Source: an uncultured bacterium (GTDB lineage Bacteria > Bacteroidota > Ignavibacteria > Kapaibacteriales > UBA2268). Taken from it: 64,000 nt of DNA. The notes beneath the pieces are model-generated. The model saw nothing but the letters and a program-made list of their open reading frames with translations, did no database searches and was not told the origin of the DNA. Positions 51,166 through 62,128 of the stretch are shown piece after piece. The position numbers and the translations under genes are program-made. The DNA is taken from NCBI GenBank assembly GCA_937875295.1, contig CALLXS010000101.1, forward strand, positions 16,231 to 80,230, written 5' to 3'. How positions within the stretch are numbered: position 1 is the stretch's first letter; the number at the start of each line of letters is the position of its first letter.

Positions 51166-51675
51166 TTATTCGGCAGCTGGAGTTTCAGCTTGTGCTTCAG
51201 CTGGAGTTTCAGCTTGTGCTTCGGCAGCTGCTTTAGCTTCTTCTTCAGCTTTAGCTTTAGCCTCTGCAGCAGCAGCTTCTTTTTCAGCTTGTAATTTTCT
51301 TTCTTCGCGAGCTGCTTCGCGTTTTTTGCGTTGTTCTTTTAATCTAAAGTAATTTTTAGCTGTTTTTTCTTTATGTTCAGCAACTTTAGCAGCTATTTCT
51401 TCATCTGAAATGCCTTTAAATTGTAAAGCTCTTTGGAGGTAAGCACCTTCGTATTTCATAATATTGCGGACCATATCTGTAGGCTGAGCGCCGACATTTA
51501 TCCAATAGATTGCTCTATCGTTATCAATTTTAAAGCTTGAAGGCTGAGTGTGTGGGTTGTAATAACCTAATCTTTCGATATAGTCAGCGCCTCTTTTTTT
51601 TCTTGAATCTACAACTACGATGTCATACGCAGGATAATGAGTTCTACCTTTGCGACGTAATCTTAATTTTACCAT
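51166..51675 (-). CDS. rpsP: 30S ribosomal protein S16 with Ala/Glu/Lys-rich C-terminal extension
   Basis: MVKLRLRRKGRTHYPAYDIVVVDSRKKRGADYIERLGYYNP core. The C-terminal ~70 aa are low-complexity EAAAKA-type. Confidence 0.9.
   Translation of the reverse strand: MVKLRLRRKGRTHYPAYDIVVVDSRKKRGADYIERLGYYNPHTQPSSFKIDNDRAIYWINVGAQPTDMVRNIMKYEGAYLQRALQFKGISDEEIAAKVAEHKEKTAKNYFRLKEQRKKREAAREERKLQAEKEAAAAEAKAKAEEEAKAAAEAQAETPAEAQAETPAAE
51177..51224. repeat. 24-nt tandem direct repeat x2 inside the rpsP 3' end (encodes AEAQAETP x2); locally GC-rich
   Basis: ctggagtttcagcttgtgcttcag / ctggagtttcagcttgtgcttcgg, read directly. Confidence 0.8.
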
Positions 51676-51759
51676 TTTCGGAAATTTCCTATTTTATTTT
51701 TTAAATTATTTACTAAAATATTAAATTAAAAAAGTGTTTATCTTAAAAAAGATTTATTT

Positions 51760-53097
51760 TTATCTTCCAAACCCCATTGGCATTTTTAATCCTTGCATAA
51801 AGCGAGATCGCTTGCCGGTAGAAATATTTTTCATAATTTTGCTCATATCTTCGAATTGTTTTAATAATTTATTTACATCTTGGATAGTAGAGCCGCTACC
51901 ATTTGCTATTCTCTTTCTGCGTGAGCCATTTATAATTTTTGGATTTTTTCTTTCTTCTTTAGTCATAGATAAAATGATTGATTCGACTTTATTAAAAGCT
52001 TTGTCATCAATTTGTACATTTTTCATTTGTTTATCCATGCCTGGAAGCAAGCCAATTAAATCTCTTAAAGAACCCATTTTTTTAATTGTCTTTAATTGAG
52101 TCAAAAAGTCTTCGAAGGTGAATTGATTCTTTCGAATTTTTTCTTCTAATTCTTTTGCCTCTTTTTCGTCGAATTCTTGTTCAGTTTTTTCTACTAAAGT
52201 GAGAATATCACCCATACCTAAAATACGGCTTGCAATTCTCTCGGGGTGAAACGGTTCAAGAGCTTCGGTTTTTTCGCCAGTACCTACGTATTTAATAGGT
52301 TTACCGACTACTGATAGTACCGATAGAGCAGCACCACCTCTAGTGTCGCCATCTAATTTAGTTAGGACGACTCCAGTAAGTGCAAGCTGGTCGTGAAAAG
52401 CTTTTGCAGTAGTAACGGCATCTTGCCCAATCATTGCATCGCAAACGAATAGGGTCTCTGTTGGTTTTATCGCATCAGAGATGTTTTTTACTTCCTGCAT
52501 CATTTCTTCATCTACAGTTAATCTACCAGCTGTATCGACGATTACAATATCTCTACCAAACTTTTTAGCATAAGCTAAAGCATTTGAAGCAATTTTTACT
52601 GCATCTTTTACTTCTTCAGAGTAGACAGGGATATTCACTGATTCTCCCAACTGTTTAAGTTGGTCAATCGCAGCCGGTCTATGAATATCACATGCTACGA
52701 GCAATGGCTGACGACCTTTTTTACGTAAATTTTTAGATAATTTTGCGCAAAAAGTAGTCTTTCCCGAACCTTGCAATCCAGCTACCAAAATAACGGTAGG
52801 GGCTTGTGGAGAAAACATAAGTTCGCTTTGCTTGCTTCCGAGTAGTTCAATTAGTTCGTCGTGTACAATTTTTACAATAAGCTGTTCGGGCAATAATTTT
52901 CCTTTTACTTCTTGCCCAATTGCTTTTTCTTTTACTTTTTCAGTAAAATTTTTAGCTACATTGAAATTTACGTCTGCATCGAGTAATGCGCGGCGTACTT
53001 CCTTCATAGCTTCTTGTATATTTTCTTCGGAAATAGTGGCTTGGCCTCTAAATTTCTTAAGGGCTACCTCTAATTTCTCGGTCAAATTTTCAAACAT
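51760..53097 (-). CDS. ffh: signal recognition particle protein Ffh
   Basis: N domain, G domain VAGLQGSGKTTFCAKL, and a Met-rich M domain at the C-terminus. Confidence 0.95.
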   Translation of the reverse strand: MFENLTEKLEVALKKFRGQATISEENIQEAMKEVRRALLDADVNFNVAKNFTEKVKEKAIGQEVKGKLLPEQLIVKIVHDELIELLGSKQSELMFSPQAPTVILVAGLQGSGKTTFCAKLSKNLRKKGRQPLLVACDIHRPAAIDQLKQLGESVNIPVYSEEVKDAVKIASNALAYAKKFGRDIVIVDTAGRLTVDEEMMQEVKNISDAIKPTETLFVCDAMIGQDAVTTAKAFHDQLALTGVVLTKLDGDTRGGAALSVLSVVGKPIKYVGTGEKTEALEPFHPERIASRILGMGDILTLVEKTEQEFDEKEAKELEEKIRKNQFTFEDFLTQLKTIKKMGSLRDLIGLLPGMDKQMKNVQIDDKAFNKVESIILSMTKEERKNPKIINGSRRKRIANGSGSTIQDVNKLLKQFEDMSKIMKNISTGKRSRFMQGLKMPMGFGR

Positions 53098-53237
53098 ATT
53101 TTATTTTTATATCTACATTTCTTTAATATGCAATACTAATTTCAATTAGTATGCAAAATACAGGACTACAAAAATACTATTAATCAATATAATTACCAAA
53201 TATTTATAGAAAATATTTTAATATAATATATTTTTTT

Positions 53238-54365
53238 CTAAATCTCTTTTTTCCTTGTCTTAAAAGTTTGGTTCTTCCATTTTACATTTTTTTTCAGTGT
53301 CATAAATGGTGCTAAAAGTTCCATAAAATTAATAAACAAGAAACTTGGAATTAAATAAGGGATTAAGTTTCGTCTATTCAGTCTATTTAATGTAGGTAAA
53401 ATTAGTACAATATCGCAAATTGCTCTTGTCAGTATAGCAATTAAAGATAAAATATAATCGCCAGTAAAAATTGGTAATATTATAGCTAACCATATTGCAA
53501 TTGTAGTAAGAACATAAAGTACAGCTTTTGCGCCTAAACCTAATCCACCTATTACCCATCTATGATGTTGATTAAAATACTCTTTAAATGTCTTATTTGG
53601 TTGAGTATTGACGGTAGAATCAAAGTTAGATAAGAATCTAATATCATAGCCATTGTTAAAAATATGCATCATCATTGCTAAATCTTCCGTAACGGAAAAA
53701 TTTACTGCGGAATATGCTCCAATTTTATCTAATACAGCTTTTGAAAAAGAAATATTGTTTCCAAAGCAGCTCAATGGAGCATTTAGCCCTATTCCTGCAA
53801 CAGCCATTGTGTGCAAGTATATCCATTCTACGGATTGCAAACTGCTAAAGAAATTGTTATTTAGTACATTTGTGCAAGCGGCAGTCATTCCGAGATTTGG
53901 ATTATTATAACATATTGAATTTAAATAAATCCATTTCTTACCCACTATGCAATCTGCATCGGTCATCATTATGATTTCGCCATTTGCTGAATTAATTCCT
54001 AATTGAAGAGCTCCGGGTTTTCCTTGTAAATTTTTAATTGCTTTTTCATTATCATTGTGAATTACTTGTAAATTAGGAATTTGTTCTTTTAGAGAATCTA
54101 AAATTTCACCGGTACTATCAGTAGAACGGTCATTAATTGCAATAATTTCATATTTATTAATCGGATAATCATTTTCAGATATTGATTTTATGCAATTTGC
54201 AATATGCTTTTCTTCGTTTCGTGCTGGAACAATTGCGGACACAAATGGGAGATTATTCGGTTTAATTATTTTTTTATCTTTGGATAATTCCATTGCTACT
54301 CCAACAATAAATATCAAAGTGCGGAGTACAAAAATTCCAATTAAAATATATATTAACAGTGTCAT
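53238..54365 (-). CDS. family 2 glycosyltransferase (membrane-embedded, processive-type motifs)
   Basis: N-terminal TM. PARNEE..., TDADC (DxD) and QHHRWVIG (QxxRW). C-terminal TM helices. Confidence 0.8.
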   Translation of the reverse strand: MTLLIYILIGIFVLRTLIFIVGVAMELSKDKKIIKPNNLPFVSAIVPARNEEKHIANCIKSISENDYPINKYEIIAINDRSTDSTGEILDSLKEQIPNLQVIHNDNEKAIKNLQGKPGALQLGINSANGEIIMMTDADCIVGKKWIYLNSICYNNPNLGMTAACTNVLNNNFFSSLQSVEWIYLHTMAVAGIGLNAPLSCFGNNISFSKAVLDKIGAYSAVNFSVTEDLAMMMHIFNNGYDIRFLSNFDSTVNTQPNKTFKEYFNQHHRWVIGGLGLGAKAVLYVLTTIAIWLAIILPIFTGDYILSLIAILTRAICDIVLILPTLNRLNRRNLIPYLIPSFLFINFMELLAPFMTLKKNVKWKNQTFKTRKKEI

Positions 54366-54624
54366 TATTTTTCAGGATATTAATAATTTTATTTGCGGTA
54401 TATATAAAATTATCAAATAATAATTAATGCAAATATAAGAAATTTGCCGTTATTTATTTATATATTTAAAGTAAGCTAATGATTTAGAGAATCTTTAAAA
54501 TATTTACAAAATTATAATTCTTCAGTAATATTTTTGTAATTTTGCAAGTAGTTTAATCAAACATTAATTAATTTTTATTTTAAATTAACAATTAATAAAA
54601 CAATTAATTATAAAAAATATTCAA

Positions 54625-55887
54625 ATGGATAAATTAGTTATTGAAGGAGGGCATAGATTAAAAGGAACTATCCCAATTTCAGGTTCAAAAAATGGATCGC
54701 TTGCTATTATGCCAGCTACATTACTAGCTAGTGGAGTTTATACTTTGCATAACACACCAAATTTAAGAGATGTGTGGACTATGAGCCGATTACTTGGTTC
54801 TATGGGAGTGCATTGCGACCTAAATGGTGATGATTTATTTATAGATTCTTCAAATATTACTTCACAAGAAGCACCTTATGAACTTGTCAAAAAAATGAGA
54901 GCTTCATTCTATGTCCTTGGACCACTTCTTTCTCGCTACGGTTATGCAAAAGTATCATTGCCTGGTGGTTGTGCTTGGGGACCGCGCCCAGTAGATTTGC
55001 ACTTAAAGGGTCTTGAAAAGCTCGGTGCAAAAATCGAACTAGATAATGGATATGTTATTGCAAAGGCAGATAGATTACACGGAGCACGTTTTCATTTTGA
55101 TGTCTCTAGCGTAGGTGCTACTGGTAATTTACTAATGGCTGCAGTTCTTGCTAAAGGAAATACAATCTTAACAAATGCTGCAACTGAACCGGAAATTACT
55201 GCTTTAGCTAGGATGTTAGTGAAAATGGGCGCTAAGATAGAGAATATTGGAACAAATCAATTAGAAATAGAAGGGGTAGACGAATTAAAACCTGTAGACG
55301 AAACTACTATTCCTGATAGAATTGAAGCCGCTACTTATTTAATTGCTGGAGCAATGACTAAGGGCAAAATCGAACTAACTAATACAAATCCATATCATTT
55401 GTCTGCTATCATTGCTAAATTAGAAGAAACAGGTTGCCAAATAGATGTAAATAGTTCAAATATTAGTCTTGAAATGGACCAAGCTCCTATTCCAGTAGAT
55501 ATTACTACAAATATTTATCCCGGTATTCCTACTGATATTCAGGCTCAATGGATGTCTTATATGTTATGTAGCGAAAACGGAAGTTCTAAAATTACAGAAA
55601 CAATTTATACTGATAGATTTAAGCACGTTCCAGAATTGGCTCGATTAGGTGCTCAAATTGAAATACTTGATTCTACAGCTATAATTAATGGAAGCAGTTT
55701 AAAAGGTGCTACAGTAATGAGCTCCGACTTAAGAGCAAGTGCTTCTTTAGTATTGAGTGCTTTAGTTGCAAGCGGAAAAACTGAAGTGCTTAGAGTATAT
55801 CATTTAGATAGAGGATATCAAGGCATAGAAATGAAATTAAATGCAGTAGGAGCTAATATTAAAAGAGTGAAAACTGATACTATTTAA
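54625..55887 (+). CDS. murA: UDP-N-acetylglucosamine 1-carboxyvinyltransferase
   Basis: MDKLVIEGGHRLKGTIPISGSKNGSLAIMPATLLA N-terminus and full EPSP-synthase fold length. Confidence 0.95.
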   Translation: MDKLVIEGGHRLKGTIPISGSKNGSLAIMPATLLASGVYTLHNTPNLRDVWTMSRLLGSMGVHCDLNGDDLFIDSSNITSQEAPYELVKKMRASFYVLGPLLSRYGYAKVSLPGGCAWGPRPVDLHLKGLEKLGAKIELDNGYVIAKADRLHGARFHFDVSSVGATGNLLMAAVLAKGNTILTNAATEPEITALARMLVKMGAKIENIGTNQLEIEGVDELKPVDETTIPDRIEAATYLIAGAMTKGKIELTNTNPYHLSAIIAKLEETGCQIDVNSSNISLEMDQAPIPVDITTNIYPGIPTDIQAQWMSYMLCSENGSSKITETIYTDRFKHVPELARLGAQIEILDSTAIINGSSLKGATVMSSDLRASASLVLSALVASGKTEVLRVYHLDRGYQGIEMKLNAVGANIKRVKTDTI

Positions 55888-55912
55888 TTGAAATATACGT
55901 AAAAATTATAAA

Positions 55913-55950
55913 AACAACTCATAGGTAAATATGAGTTGTATTTTTTTATT
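55913..55950. terminator. terminator after murA, overlapping the stop of the convergent gene
   Basis: caactcat / aggtaaat / atgagttg followed by tatttttttatt. Confidence 0.7.
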
Positions 55951-58048
55951 CCAACTCTTCAGCTTCTAATTTTGAATTTTTAGCTACATACATTTCAGCA
56001 AGCAAGAATATTAAAGCAAGAATAACGAAAATTTGCCATAATTCAGTGCCAATTCTTGCTGCATTTAATTGCTTTTTTAGTTGCGAAAGATTATTAACTA
56101 GTTGAATATTAATTTTTTCATTACTAACTAATTTTAGATAATTTTCTAACGCTTCCTCGTTAAATCTCTTTATTTCAGATTCTGATTTTAAGCTATTTAC
56201 AGAAATTATTGAAACTGGTTCATTATTTAGAGAAAATATTTGATAATTTCCTTTAAATCTCAAATTATCTAATGTTAAAATATTACCTGAGTTAGCAGGA
56301 GTAACTTGCACAAATGACTCGTTTCCGTTTGGATCTAACATTTTGAAATTACTATAATTTGCATATTTTTTAGGTATTACAAAACTTATCGAATTACCAG
56401 CTATAGTAGTTTTGCCGGATTCCTGTTTTGTTGCCATATAGGAAACTGTACGATGAATAATCGTCGGGAATATACCTGTAAATGGGAAATTGCTCCATTC
56501 TGTATTTGGCGGAACTGCTATATATAGTACTTTTCCATCACCTACCCTTGCTTCATTCATAAAAGCCCCACCTGGCATTTGAATAATTTTTATCCCTCCG
56601 CTTGCAGTAATTGCTTTTGTAATTGTAGGGCTTTCAACTATTTCATCATTGCCAGCTCCAGCTTTAAAAACATTTTGAAATATAGGATGATCTTTATCTA
56701 CCATTGTAAATTGAGCAGGTTGATCTTTTGAAAATAATTTCTCTGTGCTTGTACCTAATCCTAATTCGTTTAAACCTCTATTAAAAATATCTCGTGGTGT
56801 AGAATTATCAGCAAACAGAACTAAAGAACCACCACCAGAAATATAATTTTTTAACCTTGCATAATCCTCTATTCTCAGGGGTCCACCGGAAACAAATACA
56901 ATATCATACTTGCTCATATCAATTGAAGATATTGAATTTGAAGGAAATTCAAATAAATTTACTAAATTTTTATTATATAATTTTGTACCAAGAGCAAGCT
57001 TTAGATATGTATCGTTATTTGAAATTAAAGCTACGTTAGGAATATCCGGTAATATGAAACCGAAAAACGCAGAATTATCTTCATCGAGTGCATCGCTCTC
57101 TATTTCAATTTTGCCGGCATTTATGCCAGATGATTGAGGAATCGCTGATACTAGAACAGTTTTAGTCTCATTTGCTTGAAAATCGATTAATTTTTGAGAA
57201 ACTTTTATATTGTTAAAATACATTGTAGCAGCTAATGCTTTTGCTTCATTATTTGCTCTATTTGTGATAGTAACTTCTACTTCTACGGGTTTATCTTTTT
57301 GGAAAATACCAGAAACTAATTTTACTGAATCAATTGAAATATTTTGAATATCAGATTTTGAATTACTACCAATCGGAAATACAAAATAATTAGAAAAATC
57401 ATTAGCAAATTTACTTGAATCATTTATTGATTTTTCTAAAATATTATTTTGAAAATCACTTATTAAATAAATGTCTTTAGTAAAATTATGAGAATTTTGA
57501 AGTATATCAGCTGCTGTGCGAAGGCTTTTTTCTAAATTTCCTGCAGAAGAAGATATCGAAATTTTATCTAATTCTTTGTTGACAAATTCATTATTTCGCG
57601 ATAGAATTTTTTCTTCTTCATAATAGTTATTTGCCATAGGAATAATTGCACTTTCGTCTCCTTCTTTCATCGTAGCAATAATTGCTCGTGCAGTATTTTT
57701 TGCTTGGTTAAATCTATTTCCAAATTCGTCAGAAATATTCATACTCGGAGAATTATCCAATATAATTACTGAGCCAGAATTAGAATAATTCCCTAGTAAT
57801 GGTAAATGGCTATTAATTGCAGGGCGAGCGAATGCTATTACAATACAAATAATAGCGAAAGTCCTAAGTAATAATAAAATCAAACGTTTTAATTTTAATC
57901 TCTTAATTTTTGTCTTTTGTAACTCTTTTAGGAATTTAAGTGAAGAAAATTCTATTTTCTTTAATTTCCTTAAGTTGAGCAAATGTAGTATTAATGGTAT
58001 AGCTGCTGCTATTAGCCCAAATAATACAGATGGATTAAAAAATGTCAT
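55946..58048 (-). CDS. BatA_N-domain membrane protein with VWA-like region (aerotolerance-operon-related family), C-terminal TM anchor
   Basis: N-terminus PSVLFGLIAAAIPLILHLLNLRK followed by a second TM. VIILDNSPSMN... VWA-like MIDAS region. C-terminal TM. Confidence 0.5.
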   Translation of the reverse strand: MTFFNPSVLFGLIAAAIPLILHLLNLRKLKKIEFSSLKFLKELQKTKIKRLKLKRLILLLLRTFAIICIVIAFARPAINSHLPLLGNYSNSGSVIILDNSPSMNISDEFGNRFNQAKNTARAIIATMKEGDESAIIPMANNYYEEEKILSRNNEFVNKELDKISISSSAGNLEKSLRTAADILQNSHNFTKDIYLISDFQNNILEKSINDSSKFANDFSNYFVFPIGSNSKSDIQNISIDSVKLVSGIFQKDKPVEVEVTITNRANNEAKALAATMYFNNIKVSQKLIDFQANETKTVLVSAIPQSSGINAGKIEIESDALDEDNSAFFGFILPDIPNVALISNNDTYLKLALGTKLYNKNLVNLFEFPSNSISSIDMSKYDIVFVSGGPLRIEDYARLKNYISGGGSLVLFADNSTPRDIFNRGLNELGLGTSTEKLFSKDQPAQFTMVDKDHPIFQNVFKAGAGNDEIVESPTITKAITASGGIKIIQMPGGAFMNEARVGDGKVLYIAVPPNTEWSNFPFTGIFPTIIHRTVSYMATKQESGKTTIAGNSISFVIPKKYANYSNFKMLDPNGNESFVQVTPANSGNILTLDNLRFKGNYQIFSLNNEPVSIISVNSLKSESEIKRFNEEALENYLKLVSNEKINIQLVNNLSQLKKQLNAARIGTELWQIFVILALIFLLAEMYVAKNSKLEAEELE

Positions 58049-58243
58049 TTATATATAATTAATCAATTAGTTCAGTGTAATATTTTAAGGACGAATTGGA
58101 ATAATAAGAATTTTTAATGAAACTCAAAAGATTGATTTGTTGAAATTAAAATCTATAATTGAGAAAGCAAGGGGAGGCTATAATACAACAGCAGCAGGAA
58201 TAAACCTGCTGCTGAAAGTTAAGTTATATTGTATTATATTTCT

Positions 58244-59230
58244 TTATTCCTCGATGAGAGGTTTAAATCCGTTTCCAAGAATTTCTTTTGAATCTAATAC
58301 ATTTATAAATGCTTTTGGGTCTACTTTTGCTATTTTAAAACGCAAAATCATCATTTCTCTTCGTGTTAGTACTGTATAAATAATATCAGAATTTGTCGAA
58401 TTATACATTCCAACAGCAGTGATTAAAGTAGCTCCGCGATTTAAATCATTTAGGATGATTTCTTTTATTTCATCGATTTTTCCGCTTACAATCATTACTG
58501 TTTTATAAACAGAAGCACCTTCTATAATTAAATCAATTACTTTGCCTTCAATAAACACAATTATCCATGAATACATTGGTAATCTCCAATCTCCAAATGC
58601 TAATACTGTAGAAAGAGTAATTGTACAATCTACAATAATAACTAAAGTACCCAAAGAAATATGAGTATATTTATTTAAAATCATTGCTATTATGTCTGAT
58701 CCTCCAGATGTAGCTCGTGATTTAAAAATCATTCCGATACCAATACCATACACTATACCACCAAAAACTGATGATAAGAATTGTTCTTGTAGCATAGGTC
58801 GCATTAGACTTGCAAATTCTTCCATTTGCACAGCCGAATTTAAATCATATTGAGATTGAAGTCCGCGAAGTTGATTTAATACTTCTGTTGATTCTAATAA
58901 TGGTAAATACCCATAAATACTATGAATTAATCCCATAAATATAGGAATAGCAAAAGTGCAAACTATTGTCTTTATACCAAATTTTGGTCCCAATACGACA
59001 ATACCAATTATAAGGAGTGGAATGTCCATACATAGAGCGGCTAATTCAGTACGCCAACCCCATAAATTGTGAAAAACCATTGATAAACCATAAGTGCCAC
59101 CAGGAGCAAATCCATACGGTTCAGCAAACATTACCGCGCCGATTGAGAATACAAAGCAACCGCAAATCAGCCAAGCATAGGTAATGAAGAAATCTTTTGA
59201 GAATAATTTCTCTTTTGTAACGAAAGTCAT
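58244..59230 (-). CDS. YitT family membrane protein (DUF161 + DUF2179)
   Basis: FAEPYGFAPGGTYGLSMVF motif, 5-6 TM helices, and a C-terminal soluble DUF2179-like domain. Confidence 0.65.
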   Translation of the reverse strand: MTFVTKEKLFSKDFFITYAWLICGCFVFSIGAVMFAEPYGFAPGGTYGLSMVFHNLWGWRTELAALCMDIPLLIIGIVVLGPKFGIKTIVCTFAIPIFMGLIHSIYGYLPLLESTEVLNQLRGLQSQYDLNSAVQMEEFASLMRPMLQEQFLSSVFGGIVYGIGIGMIFKSRATSGGSDIIAMILNKYTHISLGTLVIIVDCTITLSTVLAFGDWRLPMYSWIIVFIEGKVIDLIIEGASVYKTVMIVSGKIDEIKEIILNDLNRGATLITAVGMYNSTNSDIIYTVLTRREMMILRFKIAKVDPKAFINVLDSKEILGNGFKPLIEE

Positions 59231-59461
59231 ATTAACTAAAAATTGTATGTTTTATTAAAATATTGATTGCAATTATCTAAAAATTATAATAATTATTTTA
59301 TTAAAAATTTCTTAAATGAAAAAATGGGTTAATTAAGTACAAAAGCACTAAATACAATAAATTAAATAGTATACAAAATTACGACTTATTTCGATAATCT
59401 TCAAATTTATAATAATTACTTCGCAGAAAATAATTAAATTTGTAATTCTTTTATTTTAATT

Positions 59462-60106
59462 TTGATAAATTGGAGCAATTCAAAGATGATAAAAAGCAAA
59501 GCAATTTTTAGAATAATAATAATATCATTTTTTATAATTATTTTAAATTCATGTAGTAACGAAGAAAATCATAAAATAACATGGAATATATGGATTAATT
59601 CTAATCAAACTAAATTGCTTAAATTCACTCCAGATGGAAAATTCTATGATTTATATAACTTTTCTAATACACAATTTAACAAGTACGAAGTAGGAGAAAA
59701 AAATCTTAATATTAAAAACTATACTTTTGAACCAAAGGACAGCATACAAGCTGAAATTCTATATTTAGACGAAGAAAAATTAGTCATTAAATATAAAGAT
59801 AATAGCATAGATTCTCTAAAAAAAGCAAGCGATAAAGATTATATAATAGGCTCTTGGGCGCCAATAGATATAACCGTACCTCAGGATACTTTTATTTTAG
59901 GGTTTGAATCTTACGATTGTACTTTTAAATCTGCAGATTCCTCTAAAAAAAGATATTTTCGATATAAATTAATAAATGATACTAAAGCAGTATTTGATTT
60001 TTATATGGAAAATCGAAAAGATTCAGTAACATATTCTATTAGTAAAGATGGTTTAATGCTCATGCTAAATTATGGGGATTATATGACTACATTAAAACGC
60101 TATTAA
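59462..60106 (+). CDS. hypothetical lipoprotein (probable start at 59486, MIKSKAIF...; lipobox LNSC)
   Basis: Signal peptide plus Cys. No family recognised. Confidence 0.4.
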   Translation: MINWSNSKMIKSKAIFRIIIISFFIIILNSCSNEENHKITWNIWINSNQTKLLKFTPDGKFYDLYNFSNTQFNKYEVGEKNLNIKNYTFEPKDSIQAEILYLDEEKLVIKYKDNSIDSLKKASDKDYIIGSWAPIDITVPQDTFILGFESYDCTFKSADSSKKRYFRYKLINDTKAVFDFYMENRKDSVTYSISKDGLMLMLNYGDYMTTLKRY

Positions 60107-60165
60107 TTTCAACTTTTATCAATTAATTAAAATAAACTAAATCAACGAAAATCAGATTATAATAT

Positions 60166-62013
60166 ATGAAAAGAACATTAATTACCTCTGCCTTGCCTTA
60201 TGCAAATGGTTATTTGCATTTAGGACACTGCGCCGGAGCATATCTACCTGCAGATATTTATGCTAGATATTTAAGATTGCGTGGCGAAGATGTGCTGTAT
60301 GTCTGTGGTTCTGATGAACATGGAGTGGCAATTACTATTGCAGCAGAAAAAGAAAAAGTAACACCAAGAGATATTATTGATAAATATCACTATGCAAATA
60401 AAGAGGCTTTCGAGAAATTTGGAATGAGCTTTGATATTTATAGTAGGACTTCTAACAAATCACACCATGAAACTGCAAGAGAATTTTTCGCTGATTTCTT
60501 TAAAAAAGGTTTACTCCTCGAAAAGGATGAAGAGCAGTTCTATGACCCTAAAGCCGAAATGTTCCTACCTGATAGATATGTCGAAGGTACTTGCCCAAAT
60601 TGCGGTAGTGATAATGCAAGAGGCGACCAATGCGATAGCTGTGGAGCGTATTATAATCAATTAGAATTAAAAAACCCAAAAAGTCTTATTACAGGTGATG
60701 TACCAATTGTAAAAAATACAACTCATTGGTATATGCAATTTAATAGATTTCAAGAATTTCTAGAAAATTATATCGAAAGCAATGCTAACGAATGGAAAGA
60801 CAATGTTTTGCAGCAAAGCAGAAGCTGGCTCAAACAAGGTTTTTCTGAAAGAGCTATTACACGTGATTTAAATTGGGGTGTTAGTATTAATAATATAGAA
60901 GGAATACCGGCAGAAAAAGCTGAAGGAAAAGTACTTTATGTATGGTTCGATGCTGTATTAGGATATATTACTGCCACTAAAGAAATTATCAGACAATTTA
61001 ATGAAAATGGAAAAGCTGAACTTATAGATTGGGAAAAATGGTGGAAATCAGAAGATACTGATTATTTTGCTTTCATAGGAAAAGATAATATAGTGTTTCA
61101 TACTTTAATATTTCCGTCTATGCTTCATGCCAAAGGTGATGGTTATATTTTACCAAAAAATGTCCCAGCAAATGAATTTCTAAATTTAGAGGGCGAAAAA
61201 TTTTCTAAATCGCGTAATTGGAGCATTGATTTAAAGGATTTTGAAGAAGCTCATCCTCAAGATAATATGATATCAACTCTCCGATATACTTTAGCAATGA
61301 ATTTCCCAGAAACTAAAGATGCAGATTTCACTTGGAAAGATTTTCAAGCACGAAACAACAATGAATTATCTGCAATTTTAGGAAATTATATTAATAGGTC
61401 ATTGCAATTCTTGCATAAAAATTTCGATGGGAAAGTACCAGAATTAGAAGGAAAATATTCTAATTTAAAAGTAGAAAGTATTGATTTAATTAATAAATTA
61501 ATTAGCGGAGATGCTTCATTTGATAAGAATACTTTAAATTATTCATCTTTAGAACAAAATGAAATAGATTTCATTATTTCTGCTACAGAATCTAAAAAGT
61601 TAATTGATAAAAATTACCAGCAATTTAGATTTAGAGATGCTATAACTGAATCAATGAACATTGCTCGATATGCAAATAAGTATTTTAATGATGAAGAGCC
61701 TTGGAAAACCATTAAAACTGATAAAACAAAAGCTGCAAAAACAGTGTATTTCTGTACTCAAATTACAAAAGCTCTTGCAATTATTTTTGCTCCAATCGTT
61801 CCAAATTCAGCAAAGGAAATATTTGAATTTATAAATGAAAAGATAACTACTGGAGAAGCAAATGCTTGCGATACAATTAAAACAAATCATTGGGATAGTG
61901 CCTTTGATTTCTCTATAGAATCTGGACGTACTATTGAATTGCCCAAATTACTCTTTAGTAAAGTGGAGCAGGACTTCATCGATGCTGAAATTGCTAAATT
62001 AGGCAATAAATAA
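60166..62013 (+). CDS. metG: methionine--tRNA ligase (short form with zinc knuckle)
   Basis: ITSALPYANGYLHLGH (HIGH region), CPNCGSDNARGDQCDSCG, and KFSKS (KMSKS). Confidence 0.95.
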   Translation: MKRTLITSALPYANGYLHLGHCAGAYLPADIYARYLRLRGEDVLYVCGSDEHGVAITIAAEKEKVTPRDIIDKYHYANKEAFEKFGMSFDIYSRTSNKSHHETAREFFADFFKKGLLLEKDEEQFYDPKAEMFLPDRYVEGTCPNCGSDNARGDQCDSCGAYYNQLELKNPKSLITGDVPIVKNTTHWYMQFNRFQEFLENYIESNANEWKDNVLQQSRSWLKQGFSERAITRDLNWGVSINNIEGIPAEKAEGKVLYVWFDAVLGYITATKEIIRQFNENGKAELIDWEKWWKSEDTDYFAFIGKDNIVFHTLIFPSMLHAKGDGYILPKNVPANEFLNLEGEKFSKSRNWSIDLKDFEEAHPQDNMISTLRYTLAMNFPETKDADFTWKDFQARNNNELSAILGNYINRSLQFLHKNFDGKVPELEGKYSNLKVESIDLINKLISGDASFDKNTLNYSSLEQNEIDFIISATESKKLIDKNYQQFRFRDAITESMNIARYANKYFNDEEPWKTIKTDKTKAAKTVYFCTQITKALAIIFAPIVPNSAKEIFEFINEKITTGEANACDTIKTNHWDSAFDFSIESGRTIELPKLLFSKVEQDFIDAEIAKLGNK

Positions 62014-62053
62014 TTAAAAAATATTCACTCTTTTAATTTAAAGGGTGAAAAAT

Positions 62054-62128
62054 GGACTCTTAGCTCAGCAGGTATAGAGCGCTTCCTTGACAGGGAAGAG
62101 GTCATCAGTTCGAATCTGTTAGAGTCCA
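62054..62128 (+). tRNA. tRNA-Val (anticodon GAC); CCA not encoded
   Basis: Folded by hand: 7-bp acceptor GGACTCT/AGAGTCC, D-stem GCTC/GAGC, anticodon stem CTTCC/GGAAG with loop TTGACAG, T-loop TTCGAAT. One T-T mismatch in the T-stem. Confidence 0.8.

Noticed and set aside
62026-62051. Hairpin ttcactcttt/aaagggtgaa between metG and tRNA-Val as a terminator
   Set aside because: The stem contains a G-U wobble and is not followed by a T-tract. It could instead be part of a tRNA precursor processing structure, so it was not called.
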